Virus record (IMG/VR): IMGVR_UViG_3300017766_005465 | Coordinates: 1-64,000 of that record | DNA: 64,000 nucleotides | Strand: one strand, 5' to 3' | DNA from: a virus | Shown here: in pieces, positions 1-9,346 of the stretch | How the letters are laid out: every line of letters begins with the position of its first letter | Position numbering within the stretch: position 1 is the first letter of the stretch | Made by a program: the position numbers and the translations under genes | Notes under the pieces: model-generated | Seen by the model: only the letters and a program-made list of their open reading frames with translations | The model's database searches: none | What the model was told of the DNA's origin: nothing

Positions 1-228
1 ATCCCACCCAAGTCCCCTGACAAACTCTCAGGCCCCCCGAAAATCTCCGTGTAAGCCCGCACATTCAGGCTCACCGAGCGATGCTCCACAATCAGCCCAG
101 GCTGCCCCCTGCCCGTGGGCGGGGGGGATTTGGGCTGGTGGTTTTATGGGGTTTTTATAGGGGGGGGGGGGGGGGGAAGGACCCCCCTCACTCATTGTCA
201 CAGTTTGGGACCTGGCCCAGACCCCCTC

Positions 229-2091
229 TCACACTTTTTGAGGGTCGTAGGTTGGGTCGTAGATCCACTCCACGCTGGCCTTGGTAGTGTCTGAGAAGAT
301 CGGCTCCAACTCCGCCTCCGTCATCTGCTCCACGATGGATTCCGCGAGTTCGTAGATCTTGTTCTTCTCGCCTTTCACCGTCTCCCAGGTGCGGACGATG
401 TGCGTCATCTTCTTACCCATGGAGAAGCCGTCGCGAAGGCGAAGTACCTCGAACACGTTCTCTGTAGTCAGGGCCACGTCCTTATCGTTCTTGTAGGCGT
501 TGAAGATCTCGTAGGCTTTGTCAATGGACGTGATGAGGAGCTTGCGCTGTGCCCAGTAAGGGTGCCACTGCGACCTCTTACGGGCATTCCAGTCGTCCTT
601 GAGAAGGTTGCGGAAGTTGTTCGCTCTCTTGTCAATCATCAGGAAACGCGTAGCCTCCAGCACCTCGGCCAGTGACCCGAGAGTGAGCTCGGGCAACCAC
701 CCTCCCTTGGCCTGGCGCTGGCGGATGGCGTAGGCTAGGAAACCGAAGCGGATGAAGCACTCCAGCGAGTTCTTGTGGATCTGGATTCGCATGTAGGGGA
801 GCAGGGACTCGGAGTAGAAGTGGACGTCCTCGGATTCCTGGCACCTACTCATGAAGAAGTCCGTGCAGTCGCGGAGGACCCTAAGGTACAGGGACACGGG
901 GTCGGTATTGTACTTCTCACAGAGCCACCGGATGTGCGAGCCGGGGTGGACGTCGTGGCCCTCGTCCTCGCTGATCTCCTCCAGCTCGAAGAGTCGGTAG
1001 GTGGAGATGGGCGCCAGGCGACTGATCGCCCCACTATCGAGTGAGTAGGTGATCTCGGGTTTCCACTCGTTGCAGTTCGCCAGAATGACGGTGTTGGCGA
1101 CCACCTCGATGGCATCAACTCCTTTTTGCTCAACCTTCTCTGTCCCCCCAGTGACCACGGACTTGAAACTGTGCGCCTTCAACATCCGCTCCAGGCTATC
1201 GAGGGTGAGGTCGTCGTTGTAGGCGAGGTGGGAGGTGACTACGTTTCCCTGGTTGAAGCGGGCGCCGAAGTCGCCCATGGAGGAAACGTCATAACCGACG
1301 TACTTCATGGCGTTGAGGATGCCATTGAGGGTGAGAGTCTTGCCGACTCCGGGCTCACCGATCACCACACCGGCTTTCCTGAACCCGTGCTCGAGGAGCT
1401 TGTGGGTGCCGGGGTGGATGGCGCCGGTCCGGCCTACACACGCCCGGCCGATGATCAGTTTCATCATCTGCGCTTCGTGGTAGGGGAAGATGCGGATGAT
1501 CTCCTCAAACGTCAAGGACTGAAGCTCATCGGTGAACCACTCCTTCTCAGGGACGTAGGCGTAGGTCTCACGAACGGCGTCCTTCTTACCCTGCATGGTT
1601 GCCGGGGAGTGAGCGATACCGAGCTGGTACTGCCCACCACCCAACTTCCGGTGCCTCATGGCCTTGAGGTTCTCGACGCCGAGGACGTGGTCGGTGATCT
1701 CGCTGCTGCGCCCGGAGCGATATACGAAGAGCGGGGTGGCGAACTCCTGCTCGTCGGCACTGATCTCGTGGAGTACATCATCATCCAGGATTGTTTCCTG
1801 CGCGGTCTCCAGCCGGATCTCGGACGCCGGCACGAGGAACTGGAACCAGTCCGGGAACTTCACGGACTTGGGAGAGAGGGGGTCCTTGGCAGGGTTGTGC
1901 TCCTCGTAGAGGGAGTGGTAGCCTGTCAGTTTGGCGTCGTAGTTAAACCGGAGGTAGTAGCCGCGGTTCTCGGCCCAGGCCAGGATCCGCTTGTACATCC
2001 TTGAGGGGCCGATGGCCCCCGAGGCTAGGGTGTCCTTCGCGGAGGAGTGCCCTTGGTTTTTCGATTCCGCCATGTAGTAAAAAAGTCCCAC
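229..2091 (-). CDS. Superfamily 3 (D5-like) replicative helicase
   Basis: 620 aa. Walker A GEPGVGKT, Walker B-like LAYNDD and motif C ILANCN at SF3 spacing. TATAAT at 2105-2110 (minus) upstream. Confidence 0.75.
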   Translation of the reverse strand: MGLFYYMAESKNQGHSSAKDTLASGAIGPSRMYKRILAWAENRGYYLRFNYDAKLTGYHSLYEEHNPAKDPLSPKSVKFPDWFQFLVPASEIRLETAQETILDDDVLHEISADEQEFATPLFVYRSGRSSEITDHVLGVENLKAMRHRKLGGGQYQLGIAHSPATMQGKKDAVRETYAYVPEKEWFTDELQSLTFEEIIRIFPYHEAQMMKLIIGRACVGRTGAIHPGTHKLLEHGFRKAGVVIGEPGVGKTLTLNGILNAMKYVGYDVSSMGDFGARFNQGNVVTSHLAYNDDLTLDSLERMLKAHSFKSVVTGGTEKVEQKGVDAIEVVANTVILANCNEWKPEITYSLDSGAISRLAPISTYRLFELEEISEDEGHDVHPGSHIRWLCEKYNTDPVSLYLRVLRDCTDFFMSRCQESEDVHFYSESLLPYMRIQIHKNSLECFIRFGFLAYAIRQRQAKGGWLPELTLGSLAEVLEATRFLMIDKRANNFRNLLKDDWNARKRSQWHPYWAQRKLLITSIDKAYEIFNAYKNDKDVALTTENVFEVLRLRDGFSMGKKMTHIVRTWETVKGEKNKIYELAESIVEQMTEAELEPIFSDTTKASVEWIYDPTYDPQKV

Positions 2092-2129
2092 GCTAGATGG
2101 GACTATTATAGATCAGTTGGGGGCCCGAG

Positions 2130-3404
2130 TCAAGAACCCGTAACCAGTTGTGAAAGTTGCTCCTTGATGGAGGAGCGGAGGTCCTTGAGGCCGCGGAGCA
2201 GGGCCCGCAGTTCCTTGACGCACTTCTTGTCCGCGGCTTCGCGGCACTGCCGCAGGTTCTCCGTCTCCCTCTTTATCTCAGAGTGGGCCTTAGAGTCCTC
2301 GATAGCGAGATCTTTGCACTTCTCAAAAACCTCAATGTCGGAGACTCTCTCCATGCAAAGAGTCCGATTCCGCCCGGTGAGGTCGGGGTGGGAGTTCTCG
2401 AGTCGGGCTTTGCTGGCCCTCTTAAAGTAGGAGTTCTTATCCTCGTGCCAGGTAGCAGGGATCTCAGGGAGAAAGAGTCCTCTGCGAAGCAGGAAGACTC
2501 GCGCGGATTCCATGTGATCTGGCCGGTTGGATGGAGTTGTGCTGTTAAGTACTTTGAGTAGGCGCCGGGTATCTTTGTCCGTAAAACGCCATTCAGTGTC
2601 CTCGTCATATAGGTCGAAAAATCGTAAAGGTGTGCCTGGGTAGAGGTTGTCGCCAAGATCGCCGTACTCCACTTTGAAGTCGTAGCAGCCTCTGGCGGAG
2701 GTGATATGCATTCCCTCCTTACGGAGGTAGTAGTCGCAGACCTCGCGCTCCGAGCGAAGCCGCGGAAGCCAGGGGCCGGTATTGGCCCAGATGATGTCGT
2801 GGGGGTCGGAGACGAGCCCCTGCCAATCCCCGTCCAGAGTACCGAGAAGGATCTGGCGTTTGCCCAGCTTGGAACTCTTGCGGGCTTTGCGCTTCAGCCT
2901 GCAGACGTGGCCGGCGATGTCGTCCGCTTCGAAGAACTCCTTGGCGAAGTAGTGGAAGGTGGAGCCGGGGGAGTTGATGTACTTGTACCCCTCCTCCTGA
3001 ACAAGATCGAAGAAGGCCGTTTTTTCGCCCCTCCCGCCCTTGTACTCGGGCATGGAGAGCTTGTGCGCCTCGATATGCCTCCAGTACCCCTTGCCACTCA
3101 CCGCGGCCTCGGAGAAATCCTCCGACAACACTCCCTTGAAATCGTCCGCCAGCAGGCCCACGAAGGGCACAGGAGGGAGCATGTCAGGGCCTCGGTTGAG
3201 TCTGTAGGCCCACATTGCTCTCAGGATCTTCCTGAGCTCCTCCTCTGACCCACGCGAAGCATCCTCAGCCGCCTCCGCGTAATTACATACGAAGTGCGCA
3301 CAAACCTTGAAATCAATGACGTAGACCGGACAATGAGGATCGAGGAGGGGCTCAAATACATCTTCGAGTAGAGTGGTGGTGTGGTCGTATTCCGGTAGGG
3401 GCAT
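2130..3404 (-). CDS. 5'-3' exonuclease / flap endonuclease (T4 RNase H / T5 D15-like)
   Basis: 424 aa. FEN-family acidic motifs: VIDFK, YKGGR, FEADDIAG, LDGDWQGL, GDLGDNL. Confidence 0.8.
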   Translation of the reverse strand: MPLPEYDHTTTLLEDVFEPLLDPHCPVYVIDFKVCAHFVCNYAEAAEDASRGSEEELRKILRAMWAYRLNRGPDMLPPVPFVGLLADDFKGVLSEDFSEAAVSGKGYWRHIEAHKLSMPEYKGGRGEKTAFFDLVQEEGYKYINSPGSTFHYFAKEFFEADDIAGHVCRLKRKARKSSKLGKRQILLGTLDGDWQGLVSDPHDIIWANTGPWLPRLRSEREVCDYYLRKEGMHITSARGCYDFKVEYGDLGDNLYPGTPLRFFDLYDEDTEWRFTDKDTRRLLKVLNSTTPSNRPDHMESARVFLLRRGLFLPEIPATWHEDKNSYFKRASKARLENSHPDLTGRNRTLCMERVSDIEVFEKCKDLAIEDSKAHSEIKRETENLRQCREAADKKCVKELRALLRGLKDLRSSIKEQLSQLVTGS

Positions 3405-4249
3405 CAGTTAGCAACGTCCATCTTCGTGGCGGGATGGGAGGTGTAGTCGATGAGCTCGAAGTCGGTCTCCGGATCGAGGTCGAAGATGGGTTTGGTGTTG
3501 TTGATCCAGACGTCGCAAGAGGCCATGGGGGAGTTGGTGATGATGGACTTGATGGCGAGTTCGTTCTGGGAGTAGATGTGGTTGTTGGCCGAGGCGAACA
3601 TCACGTAGCGTGGTGCCAACTCGGCGTCCTGTGCCATCTTGGTAACAAGGAGGCCGTAGCGGAACATATCCAACGGCACCCCTGTGGCCATGTCGTTGCT
3701 CCGGGCATTGACCATCAGATCAAGATAAGTCCCATCGCTAGAAAAAGTGAGGTTAGGATGACAAGGAGGGCAGTGAAGAGAATCGTAAGCAGGGTTAAAA
3801 GTCTGAAGCACCAGTTGGCGATTCGTCGGGTTGGTGCAGAGCTGCTCCCAGATCCACTTGAGTTGGTCGAATGGTTCGGCACGGAAGTTCTCCCACTGCA
3901 TGTTCTGCTCGGGGCAGACTTGAGGCCAGGCTCGCCAGCTCCGTCCGTAGGCTCCGGCCAGGCGGCCCTCAGCGTCGGCGAGGAAGTCCCAGAAGTGCTT
4001 GGCGGGCCCGAGATTGCTGACCCTGTAGTCCCCATTGACGTCCCACATGAACTCCCGGAAGAGGTTGCGGACGGGCATCTTGCGCAGCGTGAGAGCGGGG
4101 AAGCCCAGTCGCAGGTCGACCTTGATGGTCTGGCCGAACATCTGCTTGTAGCGGAGGTTATTGCGGCCTACGACCTCAGTGCCCTCGTCGAGGATCTCTC
4201 GGGCGATCTTGATGTACTGGAGGTCGAAGGGGAGGAGGGGTTGGGGCAT
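3404..4249 (-). CDS. Thymidylate synthase-fold enzyme, probable dCMP hydroxymethylase/methylase
   Basis: 281 aa. PPCH (Cys163), RSNDMATGVPLD and NHIY. The residue 31 aa after the catalytic Cys is Asp194, where dUMP-specific ThyA has Asn. Confidence 0.8.
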   Translation of the reverse strand: MPQPLLPFDLQYIKIAREILDEGTEVVGRNNLRYKQMFGQTIKVDLRLGFPALTLRKMPVRNLFREFMWDVNGDYRVSNLGPAKHFWDFLADAEGRLAGAYGRSWRAWPQVCPEQNMQWENFRAEPFDQLKWIWEQLCTNPTNRQLVLQTFNPAYDSLHCPPCHPNLTFSSDGTYLDLMVNARSNDMATGVPLDMFRYGLLVTKMAQDAELAPRYVMFASANNHIYSQNELAIKSIITNSPMASCDVWINNTKPIFDLDPETDFELIDYTSHPATKMDVAN

Positions 4250-4302
4250 GGACTCACTTTAGGGGTTATGAGTCCATTCTATCACACCCCGGTAGGGTTT
4301 GT

Positions 4303-4542
4303 CTAGGCCCCGAAATACTTGTCAATGAGGAGGCGCTGGAGCTTAACGAACTTACGGAGAGGGTAGTCGTACTCCATGGCCCACTGGAGCAGGGACCGAC
4401 TCCCCATCTCGATGAGTTCCATCTGAGGGTCCTCGGCGATGACATCCTCCTTGGCGACGAAGAACTTCTCCCCGTCGTGGGCCACTACGAGCCATGGCAC
4501 ATCCTTATCAAAGCGGATGGGCTTTGTGATACGTTCGATCAT
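4303..4542 (-). CDS. Hypothetical protein
   Basis: 79 aa ORF whose start overlaps the upstream stop (ATGA), with genome-typical codon usage. Confidence 0.65.
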   Translation of the reverse strand: MIERITKPIRFDKDVPWLVVAHDGEKFFVAKEDVIAEDPQMELIEMGSRSLLQWAMEYDYPLRKFVKLQRLLIDKYFGA

Positions 4543-7082
4543 TGTCTATCTTGTTTTTGGTGAGCTTTGATAATATCGTCGGTGGACTTGGCTTTGGAGA
4601 GCGCCCTAACTTGGGCCAGAGTCAGTCCACCTAGGTCTGGGGTGTTGTACCCGGGGCCTTTCGGCGTGGCTGGGGCGCCAGGAACGCACGTCTTACCGGA
4701 GCGCGTTGTTCCTGCCGGGCAACGCCCCAGCACTTTCCCCTTATAGAATACCATGGAATCGGCGTAATCGGCACCCTGGCCCTCCGTGTATGCGGCACGT
4801 TTGGCCTTGAGGATTTCCATGTAGTCCTCGTAAGTGGGTTTTTTCTTTTCCATCTCTTCAAACTCTAGTTCAGAAAAAGTTCTTCCAGATCCGGCACCGT
4901 ATTCTTTCGCGTTTGCTCGGCGAAGTCTATTGGCAAAGTCTGGATGGAGCACCATCTCGTGTTTTATGTTAGAACCATAGCCGACCCCGTCCTCCCTTAC
5001 ATTTACTTTAGCAAGAGGAAGAAGAGGCCCATCGCCGGCTTTACCGATCCATCCGAGATAGGGAGACCCATTCTCATCTATGGATACCTTAAAACCGGTT
5101 TTAATCTCATCAAAGTTTGTTGTTCCAAAAATATCCCGGCAGGTTTGAGTATCAAAAGATAGATCTCCTATTGCCATAACCTCTTTACCCTCAGCAACAT
5201 CTCTGATCGGAAAATTATTTTTTAGCTCTGTTAACATTCCGTCTCTTAAATTAGGATCCGTGTTAATTGCTTCTACGGCGCTTGAAACGAAATCTTTATG
5301 CGCTTGTTGAACTTCATCTCTGTAGCCTTCTACTCTTTGGTTAATTGCTGCTAAGTGAATAAGCTTTCTAGTAGATCTATTTAGAGTTTTTGAGGACGCA
5401 ATTTTATCTACTAATCCAGCCCAGTCTGTATTAGCGTTTTTCATTTCTTTTTGGGCTTTTCTAACAAGTTCCGCGTTTTCGGTAGAAGTTTCTAGGGCTT
5501 CGGATTCTAGGTTTTTTGCCTTCTCCCTAGCCCCTAGAACTCTCTGCTTACTTTCAGCGTCTAAGTTTCTGAATTCTGTTCCTTTTATCTTTAGATCTTC
5601 AGGGTCAACACCGTCTCTTTGGAGGAGTGACGAAAATATCTTTGCCTTGTCAGTTGGAATAGAGGAAATGTCAAACTGTTTTATTTGGTCTATGTTCTCT
5701 GAGAGAACTTTTCTAAGTCTCTTGTTTTGATTTTCAGCATAAACTTGACTGTTGTAAGAATCTTCAGGTTTTGCCCACTGTTCAGATTCAACAGAGTTTA
5801 TAGTCTCTAAAGCTTTATTCCACTTTTGATTTATCTCTGGTCCATCTTTCTTGCGCGGAAATTGAACTCCCAGCTCGTTTATTATTGCCGTTCGTATTTT
5901 CTGCGCTTCTAAATAAGCTTTTGCTCGCTCATGATAAGGAGAATCGGGATTTTCCGCATGGGATGTTACAATAAACTGACCGTATTGACCAGCTCCAGAA
6001 TTCAAAAAATTTACGCGCGTGTCTTTTTTAAGGGAGGGCTGATGTAAGGATCCATCAGACAGCTTTAAATAGATATCCGTAGAGAACCCTTTCTCGCTAT
6101 CATAATCCTTCATTCCTAACTCTTCCACTTCATCTTTAGTATCCCAAGCGCCTCCTATAATTGATACACCACCTCCCTTATTTGATTTAATAGAGTTCAG
6201 TATGGCAGTGCGGTTGTCTTGAGCAGCTTGAAACCAGTCTGGGGTAATTATCTGATTTTTTACTTTATTCTCTTTCTGGAACTTTAAAGCGTCCGAAATA
6301 ACAGATTGAAGCTTTTTAGACTGCTGTTCAGGTAGGCCAGTGAATGCAAGAGTCATTAACTCTCCACCTTGAGCGAAGATTTTTCCGGCTCCTCCTGGAA
6401 CTTCGCCTCCAAAGTAGGACCAGCCAATTTTATCCGATCCTGAAGTTACTAGCATTCTTGACAAAGCATCAAGATGTCTTGGTGGTATAGCAGTTTGATT
6501 TCCAATAGCTGCTCTAAGATCAACAAATTCTGTTCCGTTCCACTTACCCTCAGCTTTTATTTTGTCTAGGAATTGCTGATTTGTCTCTGTAAGTTCTACT
6601 TTAAAGTTATCCCCGATCTCTCTAGATGCGCCAGTTGCTTTTTCGGTGGATGGTGAAGACTTTGTTTTTTGTTCCGAAGGTTCCGGTTTTGGCTCAGGCG
6701 CAGGTTCGGGTTTGGACTGAGGCTTAGGTTCTTGAGGTTTTTCTTTTACAGTAGGCCCTTTCCAAACTCCTGATTTTCTGGCCTGCTCCATACGTTGAGC
6801 GGGGGATGCCGGAGCTTGCTGAGGGGCTTTTCCTTGACGGCAGGTTCCTCTACCATCATCGTACCATCCAGAGGGGCACCTTTGAACCTGGTGGGCGGGC
6901 TTACCGTCGTGGGCGGGCATGGTTTTCATCTGACCCGCGGCAAAACTTGCTACTTCGGAAAACCCAACAACATCCCTACCCTCAAGGGCGGGCATCTTGG
7001 CCTCGCCCTCGAGCGGAGCCTCCGCCACCCACTCAGTTTTGTCCGCGATTCCCCAATCCGAGGGGGCATAGTCCCCAAGCAT
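4539..7082 (-). CDS. Large hypothetical protein with a putative PD-(D/E)xK-like nuclease core; possible internal virion protein
   Basis: About 847 aa. TDIYLKL...HQPSLKK motif in an AT-rich core, Pro/Glu/Lys linker, two small Cys motifs (CPSGW...TC, CPAGT...TC). GGGTTTAAAG upstream. Confidence 0.6.
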   Translation of the reverse strand: MLGDYAPSDWGIADKTEWVAEAPLEGEAKMPALEGRDVVGFSEVASFAAGQMKTMPAHDGKPAHQVQRCPSGWYDDGRGTCRQGKAPQQAPASPAQRMEQARKSGVWKGPTVKEKPQEPKPQSKPEPAPEPKPEPSEQKTKSSPSTEKATGASREIGDNFKVELTETNQQFLDKIKAEGKWNGTEFVDLRAAIGNQTAIPPRHLDALSRMLVTSGSDKIGWSYFGGEVPGGAGKIFAQGGELMTLAFTGLPEQQSKKLQSVISDALKFQKENKVKNQIITPDWFQAAQDNRTAILNSIKSNKGGGVSIIGGAWDTKDEVEELGMKDYDSEKGFSTDIYLKLSDGSLHQPSLKKDTRVNFLNSGAGQYGQFIVTSHAENPDSPYHERAKAYLEAQKIRTAIINELGVQFPRKKDGPEINQKWNKALETINSVESEQWAKPEDSYNSQVYAENQNKRLRKVLSENIDQIKQFDISSIPTDKAKIFSSLLQRDGVDPEDLKIKGTEFRNLDAESKQRVLGAREKAKNLESEALETSTENAELVRKAQKEMKNANTDWAGLVDKIASSKTLNRSTRKLIHLAAINQRVEGYRDEVQQAHKDFVSSAVEAINTDPNLRDGMLTELKNNFPIRDVAEGKEVMAIGDLSFDTQTCRDIFGTTNFDEIKTGFKVSIDENGSPYLGWIGKAGDGPLLPLAKVNVREDGVGYGSNIKHEMVLHPDFANRLRRANAKEYGAGSGRTFSELEFEEMEKKKPTYEDYMEILKAKRAAYTEGQGADYADSMVFYKGKVLGRCPAGTTRSGKTCVPGAPATPKGPGYNTPDLGGLTLAQVRALSKAKSTDDIIKAHQKQDRQ

Positions 7083-7153
7083 ACTCAAGCTCTACTACCT
7101 AGTCTTTAAACCCGTGTCTTTCAGTCTAAAGACCCCCGTAAACCAATTCTACC

Positions 7154-8353
7154 ATGTCATCATACACCCACGGCCACATCATCCCCCTGGTAGGAGGGAG
7201 CGTGGTCGGCACGACCCTGGCCCTGGAGAAGGATCCGGAGTGGATCGCGTCCTGGAGCGATTCCTTCGGCGCCAATGATCAGTACTGCCTGAAGTACTTC
7301 GACAAGACCCCCTTCCACAACCTCGATGAGGGTAACTACCCCACCAAGTACGTTGATATCGTCACCTCGCTGCCGCCCTGCGCCGGCCTCTCCATGGCCA
7401 ATACCACCTCTGGTGAGAAGGTGAACAACCCGCGTGGTTGCTCGGCGCCCAGCAACATGCACATGTACCACGCGGCGGAGTTCGCCATGACGAAGATCAA
7501 GCCCAAGGCCATGATGGTGGAGAATGCACCCGCTCTCTACTCGAAGATGGGAGAGGAGTTTGCCGAGCGGATCAACTCCCTAGCCGCCGAGCATGGCTAC
7601 TCCATGAGCCTGGTGAAGACCACCTCGATCAATCACGGGGTGCCCCAGGAACGGACTCGTTCGTTCTTCTTCCTATGGCAGGGTGACAAAGTCCCTGTGC
7701 TTGCGCCTGTAAAGCGGGACTTCGAGCCCCTCCATAAGTTCCTGAAAGCTGGCGGATTCGCTAAATCCGAGCCCGTCAACTCCAAGGGTGTGCCTAGCAC
7801 CGATCCGCTCTGGCAGTTTATCGAGGGGAAGTACGCTGGATGCACGAAGCAGGACATCCTCTCCAAGGTGGCGGCGAATCGCATGACGTCCGTCTGGAAC
7901 GTTATCTACGAGTCGGGATGGTTGGAGGAGGCCGCTAGAGTGGTCAAGGGTGAGAAGGCTAGTCGGTGGCTTAACTACACACTCGAGAAGAAGCGCGCCG
8001 GCAAGAACATCATGGACGGGAGCATGAAACTGGCGTGGTATAGAACGCAGAGCCTGATGTGGAAGTCACTCCCCTATCTCATGCATCCCCACGAGGACCG
8101 CTGGCTCACGGTGGCTGAGGGCCTCGCTCTGATGGGATTCCCGAAGGACTACGCGGCGAAAGTCCACATCCCCACCAAGCACAGCAACGTAATCTGCCAA
8201 AACGTCCCGTCCACAACTGCTCGGGATTGGGTGCTAGAAATTGTCGAGGCTTTAAACGGCAACAGAGAGTGGGTAGAAAGACCCAATGGCGCCATTCTGA
8301 GACAGAATAACACTGCCTCTAAGAATCCTATGGAGCCGATCTGGGCGCTCTGA
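7154..8353 (+). CDS. DNA cytosine-C5 methyltransferase-like protein with atypical cofactor-binding motifs
   Basis: 399 aa. Motif IV PPCAGLS, VI VENAP, VIII PQERTR, IX RWLTVAEGLALMGFP. Motif I reads IIPLVGG and motif X reads ICQNVP. Confidence 0.85.
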   Translation: MSSYTHGHIIPLVGGSVVGTTLALEKDPEWIASWSDSFGANDQYCLKYFDKTPFHNLDEGNYPTKYVDIVTSLPPCAGLSMANTTSGEKVNNPRGCSAPSNMHMYHAAEFAMTKIKPKAMMVENAPALYSKMGEEFAERINSLAAEHGYSMSLVKTTSINHGVPQERTRSFFFLWQGDKVPVLAPVKRDFEPLHKFLKAGGFAKSEPVNSKGVPSTDPLWQFIEGKYAGCTKQDILSKVAANRMTSVWNVIYESGWLEEAARVVKGEKASRWLNYTLEKKRAGKNIMDGSMKLAWYRTQSLMWKSLPYLMHPHEDRWLTVAEGLALMGFPKDYAAKVHIPTKHSNVICQNVPSTTARDWVLEIVEALNGNREWVERPNGAILRQNNTASKNPMEPIWAL

Positions 8354-8357
8354 GCGC

Positions 8358-8924
8358 TCAGTACACCAGTTTGTTTTTGATCTGCATCATCCCACCGAGC
8401 AGGGCCTGAGCCTCGCTCCCGTCCGGCTCGTGGAAGATGATCTCCGCGGTACTGGCCACGAACTCCTCTGGGGTCTGTGGCCTTTCCTCGTATGTCTTCT
8501 CGTAGAGCTCGATGGCCTGGTCCACTGTGGCTTCGACTCGCGCCTCGATGACCTCGTCGGTCATAGTGAAGGTCTTGTGAAGCGCCTCCGACTGCACCCA
8601 CTTGCGCTGGACAAAGTCCACAAGGGCGAGCAGTTCCTTCCGGGTGAGATTCTCGTCCTCCACGGCTTTCAGTAGCATGGAGATGATGAGCCGGGTCTGC
8701 GACTCGGAGTAGTTCTTGTGCTCGGCATTTCTCAACCAGAAGATGTCCAGCTCGTCGAAGAGCGTCTTGAGGTTCCTGGCGCCGATGCGCTTTATCGCCT
8801 TCCTGTTGACGAAGTCTAGGATGAGGTCGAGGGCGGGTTCGAGTAGGCCCCACAGCACGGCGGCCTGGATGACGAGGCCCCTCTCCGATGGTCTCTTCTT
8901 CCCGAACGAAAAGTAAAAATCCAT
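8358..8924 (-). CDS. Hypothetical protein
   Basis: 188 aa helical ORF with genome-typical codon usage, convergent with the MTase-like gene. Confidence 0.65.
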   Translation of the reverse strand: MDFYFSFGKKRPSERGLVIQAAVLWGLLEPALDLILDFVNRKAIKRIGARNLKTLFDELDIFWLRNAEHKNYSESQTRLIISMLLKAVEDENLTRKELLALVDFVQRKWVQSEALHKTFTMTDEVIEARVEATVDQAIELYEKTYEERPQTPEEFVASTAEIIFHEPDGSEAQALLGGMMQIKNKLVY

Positions 8925-8933
8925 TACTGGTAG

Positions 8934-8965
8934 AAAAAAGAAAGGAGGGAAGCGTACCTCCCTCC
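8934..8965 (-). terminator. Rho-independent terminator
   Basis: Minus strand GGAGGGAG-gtacg-CTTCCCTCC hairpin followed by TTTCTTTTTT, just after the small-peptide operon. Confidence 0.8.
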
Positions 8966-8976
8966 GAAGAACCGGT

Positions 8977-9072
8977 CTACTTGGACCGGATAAGTTGAGC
9001 TATAGAGGCTTCGTGGCGCCTATCCTGCTTTTGCTTCTGCTCCTTGATGAGCTGGAGGACGTTAATCTTCAT
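8977..9072 (-). CDS. Small peptide (31 aa, MKINVLQLIKEQKQKQDRRHEASIAQLIRSK), absent from the ORF track
   Basis: ATG overlaps the upstream stop (TGATG), GGAGG lies upstream, and a terminator follows. Confidence 0.7.
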   Translation of the reverse strand: MKINVLQLIKEQKQKQDRRHEASIAQLIRSK

Positions 9073-9197
9073 CACTTATCCTCCTTCACGAACTTGACTC
9101 CTCTGTACACTTCGGAGTGCTGAAGTTGCATCTGATGCTGGTACTGGAGACGCTTCTGGGTGTCGTAAGACACACCGCGATAGACTGCTTTGGACAT
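9072..9197 (-). CDS. DUF4278-like YRG peptide (41 aa)
   Basis: MSKAVYRGVSYD...VYRGVKFVKEDK with two YRGV motifs. AAAGGAG RBS. Lies directly downstream of the riboswitches. Confidence 0.8.
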   Translation of the reverse strand: MSKAVYRGVSYDTQKRLQYQHQMQLQHSEVYRGVKFVKEDK

Positions 9198-9230
9198 TAG
9201 GTTGGCTCCTTTACTTGTTAGGGTATTGGT

Positions 9231-9336
9231 GCGTTCCTTCAGTCGGCTTTTGCGGCCACGTAAGCTGTGGCTGAACGGTCCGTTCCGAGTCGGCCTACTT
9301 CCGTCGGAGAGGGGGGATGCCTCTCCGATGAACGAT
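9231..9336 (-). ncRNA. Tandem glutamine riboswitch aptamers (glnA / Downstream-peptide type)
   Basis: Aptamer 1 (9336-9281): ATCGTTCATC-hairpin-GACGGAAGTAGG...GGAACG. Aptamer 2 (9278-9231): CCGTTCA-hairpin-CGCAAAAGCCGACTGAAGGAACGC. Both have CGTTC/GAACG P1 pairing. Confidence 0.85.
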
Positions 9337-9346
9337 CTATGTTTCT

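Noticed and set aside
1-228. G/C-run-rich sequence, including a long G run around 160-176, as a G-quadruplex or genome terminus
   Set aside because: Long homopolymers at a window or contig edge are a common sequencing artefact. It cannot be supported without reads.
3404-4249. Calling this gene canonical thyA
   Set aside because: The specificity residue is Asp rather than Asn, so the symbol is withheld.
7154-8353. Carboxy-SAM-dependent cytosine carboxymethyltransferase
   Set aside because: No basic residue at the motif X Asn position (it is Gln), and no CmoA-like synthase is visible in the window. Not excluded, but unsupported.
8350-8361. Perfect palindrome CTGAGCGCTCAG joining two convergent stop codons
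   Set aside because: Short, single copy and largely explained by the two opposing TGA codons.
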